DNA of 61,037 nucleotides, counting the filler. It is 6 parts of 6 records of this genome, joined end to end, with 100 filler letters (N's around TTAATTAATTAA, not from the genome) between each part and the next. Parts side by side here need not be neighbours in the genome. Positions count along the whole stretch, not along the records: positions 16,317 to 26,201 come from SRR31156797_4040; positions 26,302 to 40,549 come from SRR31156797_4044; 4 more parts are not named here. One strand, written 5' to 3'. The notes below the pieces were generated by a model. The model did no database searches. It was not told the DNA's origin and worked only from the letters and a program-made list of their open reading frames with translations. Of this stretch, positions 19,732-29,005 are shown one piece after another. Every line of letters starts with the position of its first letter. Positions within the stretch are counted from its first letter, which is position 1. Both the position numbers and the translations under genes were made by a program.

Positions 19732-20912
19732 AAACGAATAATCAGAAAATTGTCATCATCGGTGGAGGGGTGATCGGCACCTCTATTGCCTATCACCTTG
19801 CAAAATTGGGTGCATCTCAGGTGACTCTGGTTGAAGCCGGTGATCTTGCTGCTGGGAGCTCAGGAGCCTGTGATGGGTTAGTTTTCATGCAATCCAAAAA
19901 ACCGGGTGTTCATCTTGAGCTTGCAATGGCCAGTCTTGAAAGGTTTGCTGATCTGCAGGAAGAATTACCTGTAAATATTGAGTTCAGAAAAACCGGTGGT
20001 CTGGTTGTCATTGAAACAGAGGCAGAATACCGCGCCATGGAAAAATTTGTGGCTGAACAGCAAGCCATAGGTTTGGACGTTCGATTACTGGATCAAACGC
20101 AACTGTTGGAAAAAGAGCCTTCTTTATCCAGAGAACTGCTGGGTGCGTCCTATTCAATTCTTGATGCCCAGGTTAACCCTATCAACTTGACCCTTGGTTT
20201 TGGTTTGGCTGCTAAGAAGCTCCAGGTAAGAATTCTTAATCACACCGAGGTTCTTGATATCCTTACGGCTGGTAATAAGGTGACTGGGGTGGCAACAACT
20301 AGTGGGAAACTGGATGCTGATCTCGTTATTAATGCAGGTGGCTCAATGGCGGGAAAGATTGCAGCAATGGTTGATATGGCGATACCTGTTCAGCCGAGGC
20401 GCGGGCAGATCGTGGTTACCAGTGGTGAGCCAGGCAAGAAAAGACTTCTCAACCAGTGCCTGTTATCTGCTAAATACATAGCTGCCAAGTATGACCCTGA
20501 AATTGCAGCCCAAGCAGGACAGGGCGTATCCATGGAACAGACCGACAACGGTAATCTCTTGCTTGGATCAACCCGGGAGTTTGTTGGGTTTAATAAACAG
20601 ACCACGATGGACGGTATCCGGGGTATCATTAATCAGACAACCTCAATCCTACCTGCTCTCAAGCATGTGCATGTAATTAGAACCTTCGCAGGATTAAGAC
20701 CATATAGTCCGGACGGGTTACCTGTATTAGGTATGTCCAAATGTTTGGATGGTCTGGTCACAGCTGCCGGGCACGAAGGCGATGGTATAGCATTAGCTCC
20801 CATTACAGGAGAACTCATGGCTAAAATGATTTTAGGGCAAAAACGGAAGATTGATCTAACCCCGTTTTCACCGGATAGATTTGGAGTAAAGGAAGAGCAG
20901 AATAATGAGTAA
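19728..20912 (+). CDS. DAO-family FAD-dependent oxidoreductase (HcnC/OoxB/SoxB-like catalytic subunit)
   Basis: IIGGGVIG, GSSGACDG, FAGLRPYSPDGLP, GHEGDGIALAP, FSPDRF; TTG start overlaps the permease stop. Confidence 0.88.
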   Translation: MKTNNQKIVIIGGGVIGTSIAYHLAKLGASQVTLVEAGDLAAGSSGACDGLVFMQSKKPGVHLELAMASLERFADLQEELPVNIEFRKTGGLVVIETEAEYRAMEKFVAEQQAIGLDVRLLDQTQLLEKEPSLSRELLGASYSILDAQVNPINLTLGFGLAAKKLQVRILNHTEVLDILTAGNKVTGVATTSGKLDADLVINAGGSMAGKIAAMVDMAIPVQPRRGQIVVTSGEPGKKRLLNQCLLSAKYIAAKYDPEIAAQAGQGVSMEQTDNGNLLLGSTREFVGFNKQTTMDGIRGIINQTTSILPALKHVHVIRTFAGLRPYSPDGLPVLGMSKCLDGLVTAAGHEGDGIALAPITGELMAKMILGQKRKIDLTPFSPDRFGVKEEQNNE

Positions 20913-21201
20913 GGCATTGACAGCTTCTGTGATCGGGCTTCGGATTCCTTCGGTCCAAAGAGGACGTCAGGTGGTAATAACAGTCAACGGCGAGCAGGTG
21001 ACTGCCTATGAAGGAGAGTCCGTGCATGCTGCTCTTGCTGCCTCGGGTATACGACAATTGAGAGATACTGACTTGGGAGAGAGTCGAGGCGTATTTTGTG
21101 GGATGGGGATTTGCTATGAATGCCTTGTCACAATTAATTCGGTTCCAGATCAGCGTGCCTGCATGGCTCAGGTGGAGGATGGGATGGAGATTATCATCTA
21201 A
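20905..21201 (+). CDS. 2Fe-2S subunit (HcnA-like)
   Basis: GESVHAAL, RGVFCGMGICYECLV...RAC. Confidence 0.88.
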   Translation: MSKALTASVIGLRIPSVQRGRQVVITVNGEQVTAYEGESVHAALAASGIRQLRDTDLGESRGVFCGMGICYECLVTINSVPDQRACMAQVEDGMEIII

Positions 21202-21343
21202 TGCCCGTCCCTAAATGGTTATTTCACTCAATATCGGCGTCTTACTCAAAAAAACATCCTCTAAATATTAATTATATGTCTGCGGTGTTTTTTATCTTAA
21301 TCATTGATCTTGCGGCGAAACACCTCATTTATGGCCAGACATT
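21200..21343. mobile_element. MITE-like element of about 145 bp inside the operon
   Basis: TIRs aatgcccgtccctaaatg / catttatggccagacatt (14/18 complementary), TA dinucleotides at both flanks, inner IR aaaaaacatc/ggtgtttttt. Confidence 0.6.
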
Positions 21344-21346
21344 TAA

Positions 21347-22795
21347 ATGAAAACTAAGTATCATGTAGTCATCATTGGTGGTGGTGCTGGTGGACTTGCA
21401 ACTGCTGAAGCCCTAATCGGTCATGGACTTGATGTCCTGCTTATTGATGAAAATCGCCATACCGGCGGTCAGTTGCTCCGTAAAGTAGAACGAAAATCTT
21501 CATGGAACCCCTTGGTCAGCTTTGATCCTGATCGGGTAAAGAAGAAGGGCTTTGCTCTGGTAGAACGGGTTCTAGGCGCTGATAATGGAATTGAGCTCAT
21601 TAACTGTGGCCAGGTCTTGGGTATATCTGAAGACCGGAAGGTTACTGTGGAGCAAACCCTGACGGGAAACACTTCTAAGAATTCCAATAACCCGATACTT
21701 GAAGTGCAGGCCGAGTACATTGTGTTAGCCACTGGAGTACGGGAACGGTACCTTCCTTTTAAAGGATGGACAATCCCTGGTGTGATGTCGATGGGTGCAG
21801 CCCAGATATTGATAAAAAGCCATGGTGTCTTACCGGGAACCTCCACCATTATTGGTGGTTCCAGCCCGCTCATAATGGTGCTTGCTGCCGAGATCACTAA
21901 AAATGGGGGTAAGGTTCCAGTTCTGTTGGATGAAAATGGCTTTCAGGAAAAATCTCGTTTTTTTCCGTATGTGAAGAATCACTGGCCCAAACTCATGGAA
22001 GGCGCATGGTATACGGCTAAAATGATGTATCATCGTGTCCCTTTGCGACAAAATATGCGTATTCTTGAGGCAAGCGGCAATGGTCGTCTGCGCTCAGTGG
22101 TGGCGGCTAAAACAGACTCTGCAGGGAAGGTGATTCCGAGTACTGAACGTGAATACAGTGGAGACACACTTGCAGTAGGGCACGGATTTGTACCTAATAT
22201 AGAACTCGCTGCTCAGGTAGGGTGCAATGTGTACTACCAGAGAGATCGAGGGGGCTGGATCGTTAAAGTCAATGAAATGCTTGAGACGTCGCTGCCTGCT
22301 CTGTATGCGGTAGGGGAAATAACCGGGGTTGCTGGAGCAAAGAAATCGCTGGTAGAGGGCAAGCTTGCTGCAATGTCAATTTTGGAAAAGATGGACCTGG
22401 AAGGCTCGTCTTCAGACAGCGAAACTTTTCAACAAGAAAAACAAGTACTTTTAAGACTCGATCAACAGCAGTTTGAATATGCTTCTTTTTTAGGGAAATT
22501 CTGCGAGCTGCCGCAAGAGGCGTATAAGGCCATTGCCGATGCAACCATTATCTGCAGGTGTGAAAATATTACCATGGGGGATATCAGGAAGTCGGTAGAA
22601 TTGGGATTCGATACCCTTTCGGGTCTGAAAAAAATGACAAGGTGCACCATGGGGAGATGCCAGGGACGGATCTGCGGGGCCGTGATAACCGATATTATCA
22701 CTGCACTTACTGAAAAGTCTGCCAAAGAGATTGGTGTCCCTGGTGCGAGAATGCCGGTTAAAAATGTTGAACTTGGTTCCTTTGTGCAGGGATGA
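21347..22795 (+). CDS. FAD/NAD-binding oxidoreductase with BFD-like 2Fe-2S (HcnB/OoxA-like)
   Basis: IIGGGAGG, LATG.RERYLPFKGWTIPGV, YAVGE.TG, ICRCE, TRCTMGRCQGRIC. Confidence 0.88.
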   Translation: MKTKYHVVIIGGGAGGLATAEALIGHGLDVLLIDENRHTGGQLLRKVERKSSWNPLVSFDPDRVKKKGFALVERVLGADNGIELINCGQVLGISEDRKVTVEQTLTGNTSKNSNNPILEVQAEYIVLATGVRERYLPFKGWTIPGVMSMGAAQILIKSHGVLPGTSTIIGGSSPLIMVLAAEITKNGGKVPVLLDENGFQEKSRFFPYVKNHWPKLMEGAWYTAKMMYHRVPLRQNMRILEASGNGRLRSVVAAKTDSAGKVIPSTEREYSGDTLAVGHGFVPNIELAAQVGCNVYYQRDRGGWIVKVNEMLETSLPALYAVGEITGVAGAKKSLVEGKLAAMSILEKMDLEGSSSDSETFQQEKQVLLRLDQQQFEYASFLGKFCELPQEAYKAIADATIICRCENITMGDIRKSVELGFDTLSGLKKMTRCTMGRCQGRICGAVITDIITALTEKSAKEIGVPGARMPVKNVELGSFVQG

Positions 22796-23487
22796 CAGCG
22801 AGTAGAGTTCCAGCTGATACCACTATTGGTATCATTATGCTTGATACCACCTTCCCGCGCATTGTCGGTGATGTGGGCAACCCGGCTACCTTTCCGTTTC
22901 CAGTCCGATATAAAGTAGTGCAGGGTGCTTCTCCGCAGCGACTTGTGATTGAAGCGGACCGCAGTCTTTTACAGCCCTTTATCGATGCCGGACAAAGTTT
23001 GGTAGATGAAGGGGTAAAGGGGCTAGCTACTTCCTGTGGGTTTCTTTCCCTTTTCCACCGGGAACTGCAGGAGGCTCTTCCTGTGCCTGTGTTTTCATCA
23101 AGCCTGCTTCAGATTCACGTGACCAACACTTTACTGCAGCAGGGAAAAAAAACAGGTGTCATTACCGCAAGAAAAGAGTCTCTTACCATACGGCACCTTG
23201 AGGCCATTAAAGTTGATAAGTATCCACTGGCCATTGCCGGCATGGATCAGTCTGAAGAATTTACCTCTGTGTTTATCCACGGTAGAACTACCCTTGATAA
23301 ACAAAAATGCATGCAGGAAATGGAGCAGGTTGTGCTAGCGCTCCTGCAAGAATATCCAGATGTCGGTGTTATTGTCCTGGAGTGTACGAATATGGGACCG
23401 TACTCTAAAGCTATCCGCAACTTGACCGGGCTGCCTGTTTATGATGTAGTCACCATGGTCAACTATGCCCATTCTGTGCTGCTATAG
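22792..23487 (+). CDS. Asp/Glu/hydantoin racemase-family protein
   Basis: GIIMLDT.FPRI.GDVGN, TSCGF, VLECTNM (two catalytic-type Cys); ATGA overlap. Confidence 0.85.
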   Translation: MTASRVPADTTIGIIMLDTTFPRIVGDVGNPATFPFPVRYKVVQGASPQRLVIEADRSLLQPFIDAGQSLVDEGVKGLATSCGFLSLFHRELQEALPVPVFSSSLLQIHVTNTLLQQGKKTGVITARKESLTIRHLEAIKVDKYPLAIAGMDQSEEFTSVFIHGRTTLDKQKCMQEMEQVVLALLQEYPDVGVIVLECTNMGPYSKAIRNLTGLPVYDVVTMVNYAHSVLL

Positions 23488-23644
23488 AACTGTTATAAAC
23501 GGCACGTGTTTTCTTTTAGCTGCCAACTCCTCTGCCAGCAGGCCAACTCTACACACGGTGCATTCCTAGAGTAATTGTGAAATCCAATTCTGTGGATTGG
23601 CCGGTGGTCAGGTAACAGGAAAAAAGGGATTTCAAGAAAGGCGC

Positions 23645-24523
23645 TTAAGTAGCCTGGCTCTTGCTATATGCGCTGGGACTGTTGCCAAAATAACGTTTAA
23701 ATTCTCTACTGAACTGGGCGGCACTTTCATAACCAACATCGGTGGCTGCTCCGCTGACCCTGACCTTGTGTTCTTTAAGCAGATCCCTGGCTTTATTAAG
23801 GCGGATTTTTTTGACGTACTGCATCGGTGAAGATGAGGTTACATCTTGAAATGCACGGTGAAAAGCAGAAGGGCTCATGTTTACCAGAGAGGCAAGTGCA
23901 TCAACATTCATGGTGTCGGCATAGCAGGAGTGTATCCTTTTAAGGGCCTTGTCAATCCATGACATATTGGTATTTTTCATTGCAAGGGCGTAGAGTGAAG
24001 CTGCATTTTCACCTTGCATTACCCGAAAGATAAGTTCGTATACCATTGCTTCTCCGAGGACACTAGTTTCCACTGGTGATTGAAGTACCTGTAAAAGGCG
24101 TAGCACTGTATCCTTGATTGGGGCAGTTAACGTGGCTGCAAAAACACCTTGATGTCTTTCTTTATTCTTCAGTAGCGTGTGATCGATGTGGTCATCCATC
24201 TGGCTGATAATTCGATTAAGCATACCTATTTCAATATCAGCGGTAAGCGCCAGTAATGGAGTACTTTTGGTGGCAAAGGTTTCACATTCTGCAGGAATAG
24301 GGACCGACAGTACCAGATAGTTATCCGGATTATAATCATACACTGTGTCCCCCATGAATACACGTTTGGATCCTTGGGCGACAATAATAATACCTTGATT
24401 GTAACAGAGGGGTTCTCTTCCTTTTGGTTCGGTTGCCTTAAATACACCAATACCAGGCTGCTCTGTTTGGTTAAAGCCATCTTTGAGAGCTAGTTTATCC
24501 ATTAATGCTGCCGCTTCTTTCAT
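23645..24523 (-). CDS. yqhC: AraC-family activator (YqhC-like)
   Basis: AraC_N-type N-terminus (AQGSKRV...Y.Y.P..YL); HTH MSPSAFHRAF...SPMQY.K.IRL, VGYESAAQFSREFKRYFG; divergent from the yqhD-like gene. Confidence 0.75.
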   Translation of the reverse strand: MKEAAALMDKLALKDGFNQTEQPGIGVFKATEPKGREPLCYNQGIIIVAQGSKRVFMGDTVYDYNPDNYLVLSVPIPAECETFATKSTPLLALTADIEIGMLNRIISQMDDHIDHTLLKNKERHQGVFAATLTAPIKDTVLRLLQVLQSPVETSVLGEAMVYELIFRVMQGENAASLYALAMKNTNMSWIDKALKRIHSCYADTMNVDALASLVNMSPSAFHRAFQDVTSSSPMQYVKKIRLNKARDLLKEHKVRVSGAATDVGYESAAQFSREFKRYFGNSPSAYSKSQAT

Positions 24524-24605
24524 ATTTTTATCCTGGGCCTAAAAAGCTCTTTACTGTGTAGGGTGTATGTATAATGTATAACCGCTAAAACCCAGCAGGG
24601 AAAGT

Positions 24606-24663
24606 AGGATTAGGCAAAATACAAGCAGGAATATGTATTCTCTTTCAAGAAAATTGATATAAA
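24606..24663 (+). promoter_or_regulatory. Tandem AraC-type half-sites and -10 box upstream of the yqhD-like gene
   Basis: AGGATTAGGCAA (24606) and AGGAATATGTAT (24627), 21 bp apart; the second overlaps the -35 position for TATAAA at 24658. Confidence 0.5.
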
Positions 24664-24735
24664 TTGTTAAGTACTGGAGAGCATCGAACAAGCAATCAAT
24701 AATTTATAATAGATTTTTTAAAAGAGGAGCAGCAT

Positions 24736-25908
24736 ATGTTGAATTTTAATTTTTACAATCCGACCCATATCGCATTTGGTAAGGGGCAAATAGAGCAATT
24801 AGATACACTGACCCCTAAAAATGCAAAGGTACTGATCACATACGGAGGCGGCAGTGCCAAGAGAACAGGGCTGTTGGATAAAGTGAAAGAAGAATTGGGA
24901 AAATCTGGTCGTGAGGTTTTAGAGTTTGGGGGAATCGGTGCGAATCCTGAATTATCTGTGTTGATGGACGCGGTTGAGATTGTGAGAAAACAGCAAGTAA
25001 ATTTTTTACTTGCTGTTGGTGGGGGGTCGGTGATGGACGGGACAAAGTTTATAGCCATTGCATCTGTGGCTGATGAGTATATTGGTAAGGAACGCGAACT
25101 GCTCAACTTTGGTTTTACTCCTGTGCCTATAGAAGGAGTTATACCTCTGGGAACTGTGCTTACTTTACCAGCTACGGGTTCAGAGATGAATTGTGGTGCG
25201 GTTATAAGTGATGGGGAGGACAAACTACCGGTTTTCAGTGCTTATGCATTTCCAAAATTTTCGATTCTTGACCCTGAGCTGACCTATACCCTACCGGTTA
25301 CCCAAGTCGCAAACGGCGTGGTTGATGCCTTTGTTCACACGGTTGAGCAGTATGTTACTTATCCAGTAGAAGCACGTTTTCAAGACAGGACTGCCGAAGG
25401 CATCCTGCAGACCCTGATTGAAATTGGTAAGAAGACAGTTGGAGAACCTGAAAATTATGACGCGCGTGCAAATCTGGTATGGTGTGCAACCATGGCTCTC
25501 AATGGGCTGATTGGTGCAGGAGTGCCACAGGACTGGAACACACACATGATAGGACATGAAATAACGGCGATTTTTGGTATTGATCATGCCAAAACTCTGG
25601 CCATGATTCAGCCAGCAGTATGGAAGGTTCGCAAGGAACAAAAGAAAGAAAAATTGGTCCAGTATGCTGAACGGGTGTGGGGGATCACTGAAGGTGATGA
25701 AGACACCAGAATCGATGCTGCCATAGCTAAAACAGAGGAGTTCTTCCAAAGCCTTGGTGTAAAGACTCGCCTGAGCGATCACAATATAGGGGAAGAAGGG
25801 ATTGGTAGAATTATTGAAGCGTTGGATAAACATGGGATGACTGCCCTGTCTGAGAGAGAGGATGTGACCCTCGATATATCAAGGCAAATCCTACAGGTCG
25901 CACGATAA
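24736..25908 (+). CDS. yqhD: NADPH-dependent iron-containing alcohol dehydrogenase / aldehyde reductase
   Basis: FNFYNPT.I.FGKGQI, YGGGSAK, VGGGSVMDG, TLPATGSE, DW.THMIGHE, DHAKTLA; RBS GAGGAG. Confidence 0.85.
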   Translation: MLNFNFYNPTHIAFGKGQIEQLDTLTPKNAKVLITYGGGSAKRTGLLDKVKEELGKSGREVLEFGGIGANPELSVLMDAVEIVRKQQVNFLLAVGGGSVMDGTKFIAIASVADEYIGKERELLNFGFTPVPIEGVIPLGTVLTLPATGSEMNCGAVISDGEDKLPVFSAYAFPKFSILDPELTYTLPVTQVANGVVDAFVHTVEQYVTYPVEARFQDRTAEGILQTLIEIGKKTVGEPENYDARANLVWCATMALNGLIGAGVPQDWNTHMIGHEITAIFGIDHAKTLAMIQPAVWKVRKEQKKEKLVQYAERVWGITEGDEDTRIDAAIAKTEEFFQSLGVKTRLSDHNIGEEGIGRIIEALDKHGMTALSEREDVTLDISRQILQVAR

Positions 25909-25936
25909 TAGAGTAGAAGTATATATTACCATACAA

Positions 25937-25985
25937 TTATGAACCTTTCATGGTTCATAACCGGGTGATTAACTAATCACCCGGT
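25937..25985. terminator. Two adjacent perfect hairpins downstream of yqhD
   Basis: ttatgaacc-tttcat-ggttcataa (9-bp stem) and accgggtgatt-aact-aatcacccggt (11-bp stem). Confidence 0.5.
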
Positions 25986-26201
25986 GTTCAATTAAAGACT
26001 ATTTGAGAAAAAAGTAATCCCTCGCCAAAATAGTCATTGACGAACAGCAGATCGTCGAGTAGTTTCCCGCCTCGTGCCAGACAAAACATCGTCGGGGCAG
26101 CTTGAAGGGGGTTGCTAGTTGTTTAATAATTCCAGACCTTTGGCTGCTGAAAAGAAACTTTCAGCAAGCAGAAAAAAGAGGTTGACTTCAAGCGGGAGTT
26201 A

Positions 26202-26301
26202 NNNNNNNNNNNNNNNNNNNNNNNNNNNNNNNNNNNNNNNNNNNNTTAATTAATTAANNNNNNNNNNNNNNNNNNNNNNNNNNNNNNNNNNNNNNNNNNN
26301 N
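26202..26301. other. Artificial contig spacer
   Basis: N-run with TTAATTAATTAA. Confidence 0.99.
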
Positions 26302-26330
26302 CGTTGGTTCGAATCCAGCCCCCGCTACCA
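26302..26330 (+). tRNA. 3' fragment of a tRNA, most like initiator tRNA-Met
   Basis: T-arm GTTGG-TTCGAAT-CCAGC, acceptor CCCCGCT-A-CCA; anticodon lies outside the contig. Confidence 0.8.
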
Positions 26331-26331
26331 C

Positions 26332-26364
26332 AGGCCTTGACTGTTTCAGTTGAGGCTTTTTTTT
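26332..26364 (+). terminator. Rho-independent terminator after tRNA
   Basis: aggccttgactg-ttt-cagttgaggctt plus T-run. Confidence 0.75.
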
Positions 26365-26405
26365 GCTTAATTTTGGAGCAACTCCAATAGAAAATTACAG
26401 AACAA

Positions 26406-27710
26406 ATGGCAAACATTCTTGCAATTGTAGGTCGCCCCAATGTGGGCAAATCAACACTTTTCAACCGGCTCACCGGACAGCGGCAGGCCATCGTAGAAGA
26501 AACCAGCGGTGTGACGCGCGACCGCCACTACGGCAAAAGCGACTGGAACGGGAAGGAGTTCTCGGTGATCGACACCGGTGGATACGTGGTAGGTTCGGAT
26601 GATATTTTTGAAGAAGAAATCCGCAAGCAGGTTGATCTTGCGGTGGCAGAATCTGATGCAATCCTTATGGTGGTTGATGCCCGACAGGGGCTATCTCCGC
26701 TGGATGAGGAAGTTGCCAACGTATTGCGACGATCCAAAAAGCATGTCTACGTTGCTGTGAACAAAGTGGACAGCAACAAGAATCTGCATGATGTGGGTGA
26801 ATTTTATCAAATGGGCCTTGAGCACCTGTTCCCGATTTCTGCCATCAACGGAAGCGGAACAGGCGATTTGCTGGATGCCGTTGCCGAAAACTTCGATTCC
26901 CACGATCGGGATGAAGGTGATGACCTACCCAGATTTGCCGTTGTGGGGCGCCCCAACGTAGGGAAATCTTCACTCATCAACGCGCTGATTGGCGTAGAAA
27001 GAAATATTGTTACCGACATTCCCGGTACCACCCGTGATTCGATTAATACGAGGTATAACAGCTTCGGTTTCGATTTTTACCTGGTAGATACAGCCGGACT
27101 GCGAAAGAAAACCAAGGTGCATGAAAATATCGAATTTTACTCGGTGATGCGTTCCATCCGGGCCATCGAGCACAGCGATGTTTGCATTCTTATGCTGGAC
27201 GCCACGCAAGGGATCGAATCGCAGGACATGAGCATCCTACATCTTATCGAAAAAAATCGCAAGGCCCTGGTTGTGGTAGTTAACAAATGGGACCTGATAG
27301 AAAAAGAAACCAACACCCACAAAGAGTTCGAGGCAAAGATTCGCAAGCGCACTGCTCCGTTTACAGATTTTGATATCGTTTTCACTTCGGTAAAGGATAA
27401 GCAACGCATATATAAAGCACTTGAGCTGGCTAATAATGCCTTTGCGAGCAAAAAGCGTAAAGTCGCCACATCCAAGCTCAATGATATTATGCTGCCCATC
27501 CTCAGTAATTCTCCGCCACCCATGATCAAGGGGAAATATGTAAAGATCAAATACATAACCCAGCTCCCGACAAAATTCCCGGCATTTGCATTTTATTGCA
27601 ATCTGCCACAATACGTAAAAGAGCCGTATATGCGGTTTGTGGAAAACAAGCTGCGTGAAAATTTCGACTTCCGGGGTATGCCTGTTCAGATTTATTTCAG
27701 GAAGAAATAA
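26406..27710 (+). CDS. der: Ribosome biogenesis GTPase Der (EngA)
   Basis: Two GRPNVGKS G-domains, DTGG/DTAG, NKVD/NKWD, KH-like C-terminus. Confidence 0.98.
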   Translation: MANILAIVGRPNVGKSTLFNRLTGQRQAIVEETSGVTRDRHYGKSDWNGKEFSVIDTGGYVVGSDDIFEEEIRKQVDLAVAESDAILMVVDARQGLSPLDEEVANVLRRSKKHVYVAVNKVDSNKNLHDVGEFYQMGLEHLFPISAINGSGTGDLLDAVAENFDSHDRDEGDDLPRFAVVGRPNVGKSSLINALIGVERNIVTDIPGTTRDSINTRYNSFGFDFYLVDTAGLRKKTKVHENIEFYSVMRSIRAIEHSDVCILMLDATQGIESQDMSILHLIEKNRKALVVVVNKWDLIEKETNTHKEFEAKIRKRTAPFTDFDIVFTSVKDKQRIYKALELANNAFASKKRKVATSKLNDIMLPILSNSPPPMIKGKYVKIKYITQLPTKFPAFAFYCNLPQYVKEPYMRFVENKLRENFDFRGMPVQIYFRKK

Positions 27711-27802
27711 CCCGTAAAGCAATTATTTTTTGCTTTTTGATAACTTGCAAAATATAATTTGCTATGGAAATAATTTCCAGTTGTTTGGATAGTTAAAAGG
27801 AT

Positions 27803-28783
27803 TTAGTAATCACTTTTTATACAGCGCACGGATAGCATATATTCCTTGTTCATACTGCTTCTCCTTACGAGATGCTGATCGTATAGGAGGCTTCTGGATA
27901 TTGCTTTGGTCTCACCTACCTCAGTTGAAGACCACCAATAGCCCCGTTGTCCGCTATATTGAAAAAATCCCGGCGCATACATCACACCCCCGGGCAAAGC
28001 CGTGAAATTAAATTTGTTAGTCCCCTCTCCTGACATATACCATCCTGATGAGGATTTTAGGTTTTCTCCTGCGTCATAACCCCGCAAATTATACTTATCC
28101 CATTCCGGGTCACCCTCATCATAAATTACATCAACATAGCCCTCGAGGTTTTTCCAATCTTCATCGCCTGGAAGGTGCCAGCCGTCCGGGCAGGCTGTTA
28201 GCGCCGCCTGCCAGTTGTATAATCTTCCAAAAGATTCGCATTGCACAGAATCGTAACCTAAACATTGACTGTTTTCAACTGCATAATTCAGATTTTCTCT
28301 AAACCAGCATTGGTCACCAATTCTAACGGTATTATAAACCTGTCCTTCATATGTGACTGTTTCTAAACCCGGACAGGGTTTTCCCAACCATTCAGTTCCG
28401 GTATTGTCAATAAAAACATTCTGGGTCACATTGTTTATTAATCCTTGTGAATCCTTAACCTCCATCGCAATGGTAAATGTACCTTCTTCATCATACCGAT
28501 GTATTACAATTTTAATTTTGGACCATTCAGTATCCCAGGTCCCATCATTTTCCCAGTCCCAGCGTATCAGTAACATCGTATCAGCATCCTGTTTATCAGT
28601 GCAATATGTTGCATTAAACGAGAATTGGGTAGTTGTAGAGCCAGTCCAGGGAGAAACAACAAAAAATGCTTCCGGGGCCGTGTTATGTGCGCTTGAATCA
28701 GATTTATCGCAGTTTGATACAATAAGCCCAAAAAACACAAACATTAAGAGGAAAAGTAAAATATTTTTCTTGATTAGCCACAT
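27803..28783 (-). CDS. Lipoprotein with PKD domain and FISUMP (Fibrobacter major paralogous) domain
   Basis: Lipobox-like LIVSNC; RWDWENDG.WDT; YNTVRIGDQCWFRENL, GRLYNW, CPDGWHLP...W, GYWWSS, SVRCIK. ATG at 28783 preferred. Confidence 0.85.
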   Translation of the reverse strand: MWLIKKNILLFLLMFVFFGLIVSNCDKSDSSAHNTAPEAFFVVSPWTGSTTTQFSFNATYCTDKQDADTMLLIRWDWENDGTWDTEWSKIKIVIHRYDEEGTFTIAMEVKDSQGLINNVTQNVFIDNTGTEWLGKPCPGLETVTYEGQVYNTVRIGDQCWFRENLNYAVENSQCLGYDSVQCESFGRLYNWQAALTACPDGWHLPGDEDWKNLEGYVDVIYDEGDPEWDKYNLRGYDAGENLKSSSGWYMSGEGTNKFNFTALPGGVMYAPGFFQYSGQRGYWWSSTEVGETKAISRSLLYDQHLVRRSSMNKEYMLSVRCIKSDY

Positions 28784-28953
28784 CTGTTTTCCATAACAAA
28801 AGTAAGGTAAATTGACAGAAATGCAATTCAAACCATTATGTAATTCCAGATCACAACCTTGTAAGATACAGCTGATTTTAATAGTTTAAAAGCCCTTTTT
28901 TATGCTTTTGATGAAGACACGAATTTAGATTTTCATGTGAGTGTGGAGTGTTC

Positions 28954-28981
28954 TCCTACTTCCTACTTCTAACTTCTTACA
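28954..28981. repeat. Heptamer tandem repeat
   Basis: tcctact-tcctact-tctaact-tcttaca, intergenic. Confidence 0.5.
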
Positions 28982-29005
28982 TTTTTTGATAACCCTCTTG
29001 CGGAA

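Noticed and set aside
19728-22795. Calling the cluster hydrogen cyanide synthase hcnABC
   Set aside because: The architecture is shared with opine and imino-acid dehydrogenases; the importer and racemase context argues for catabolism, so no gene symbols were assigned.
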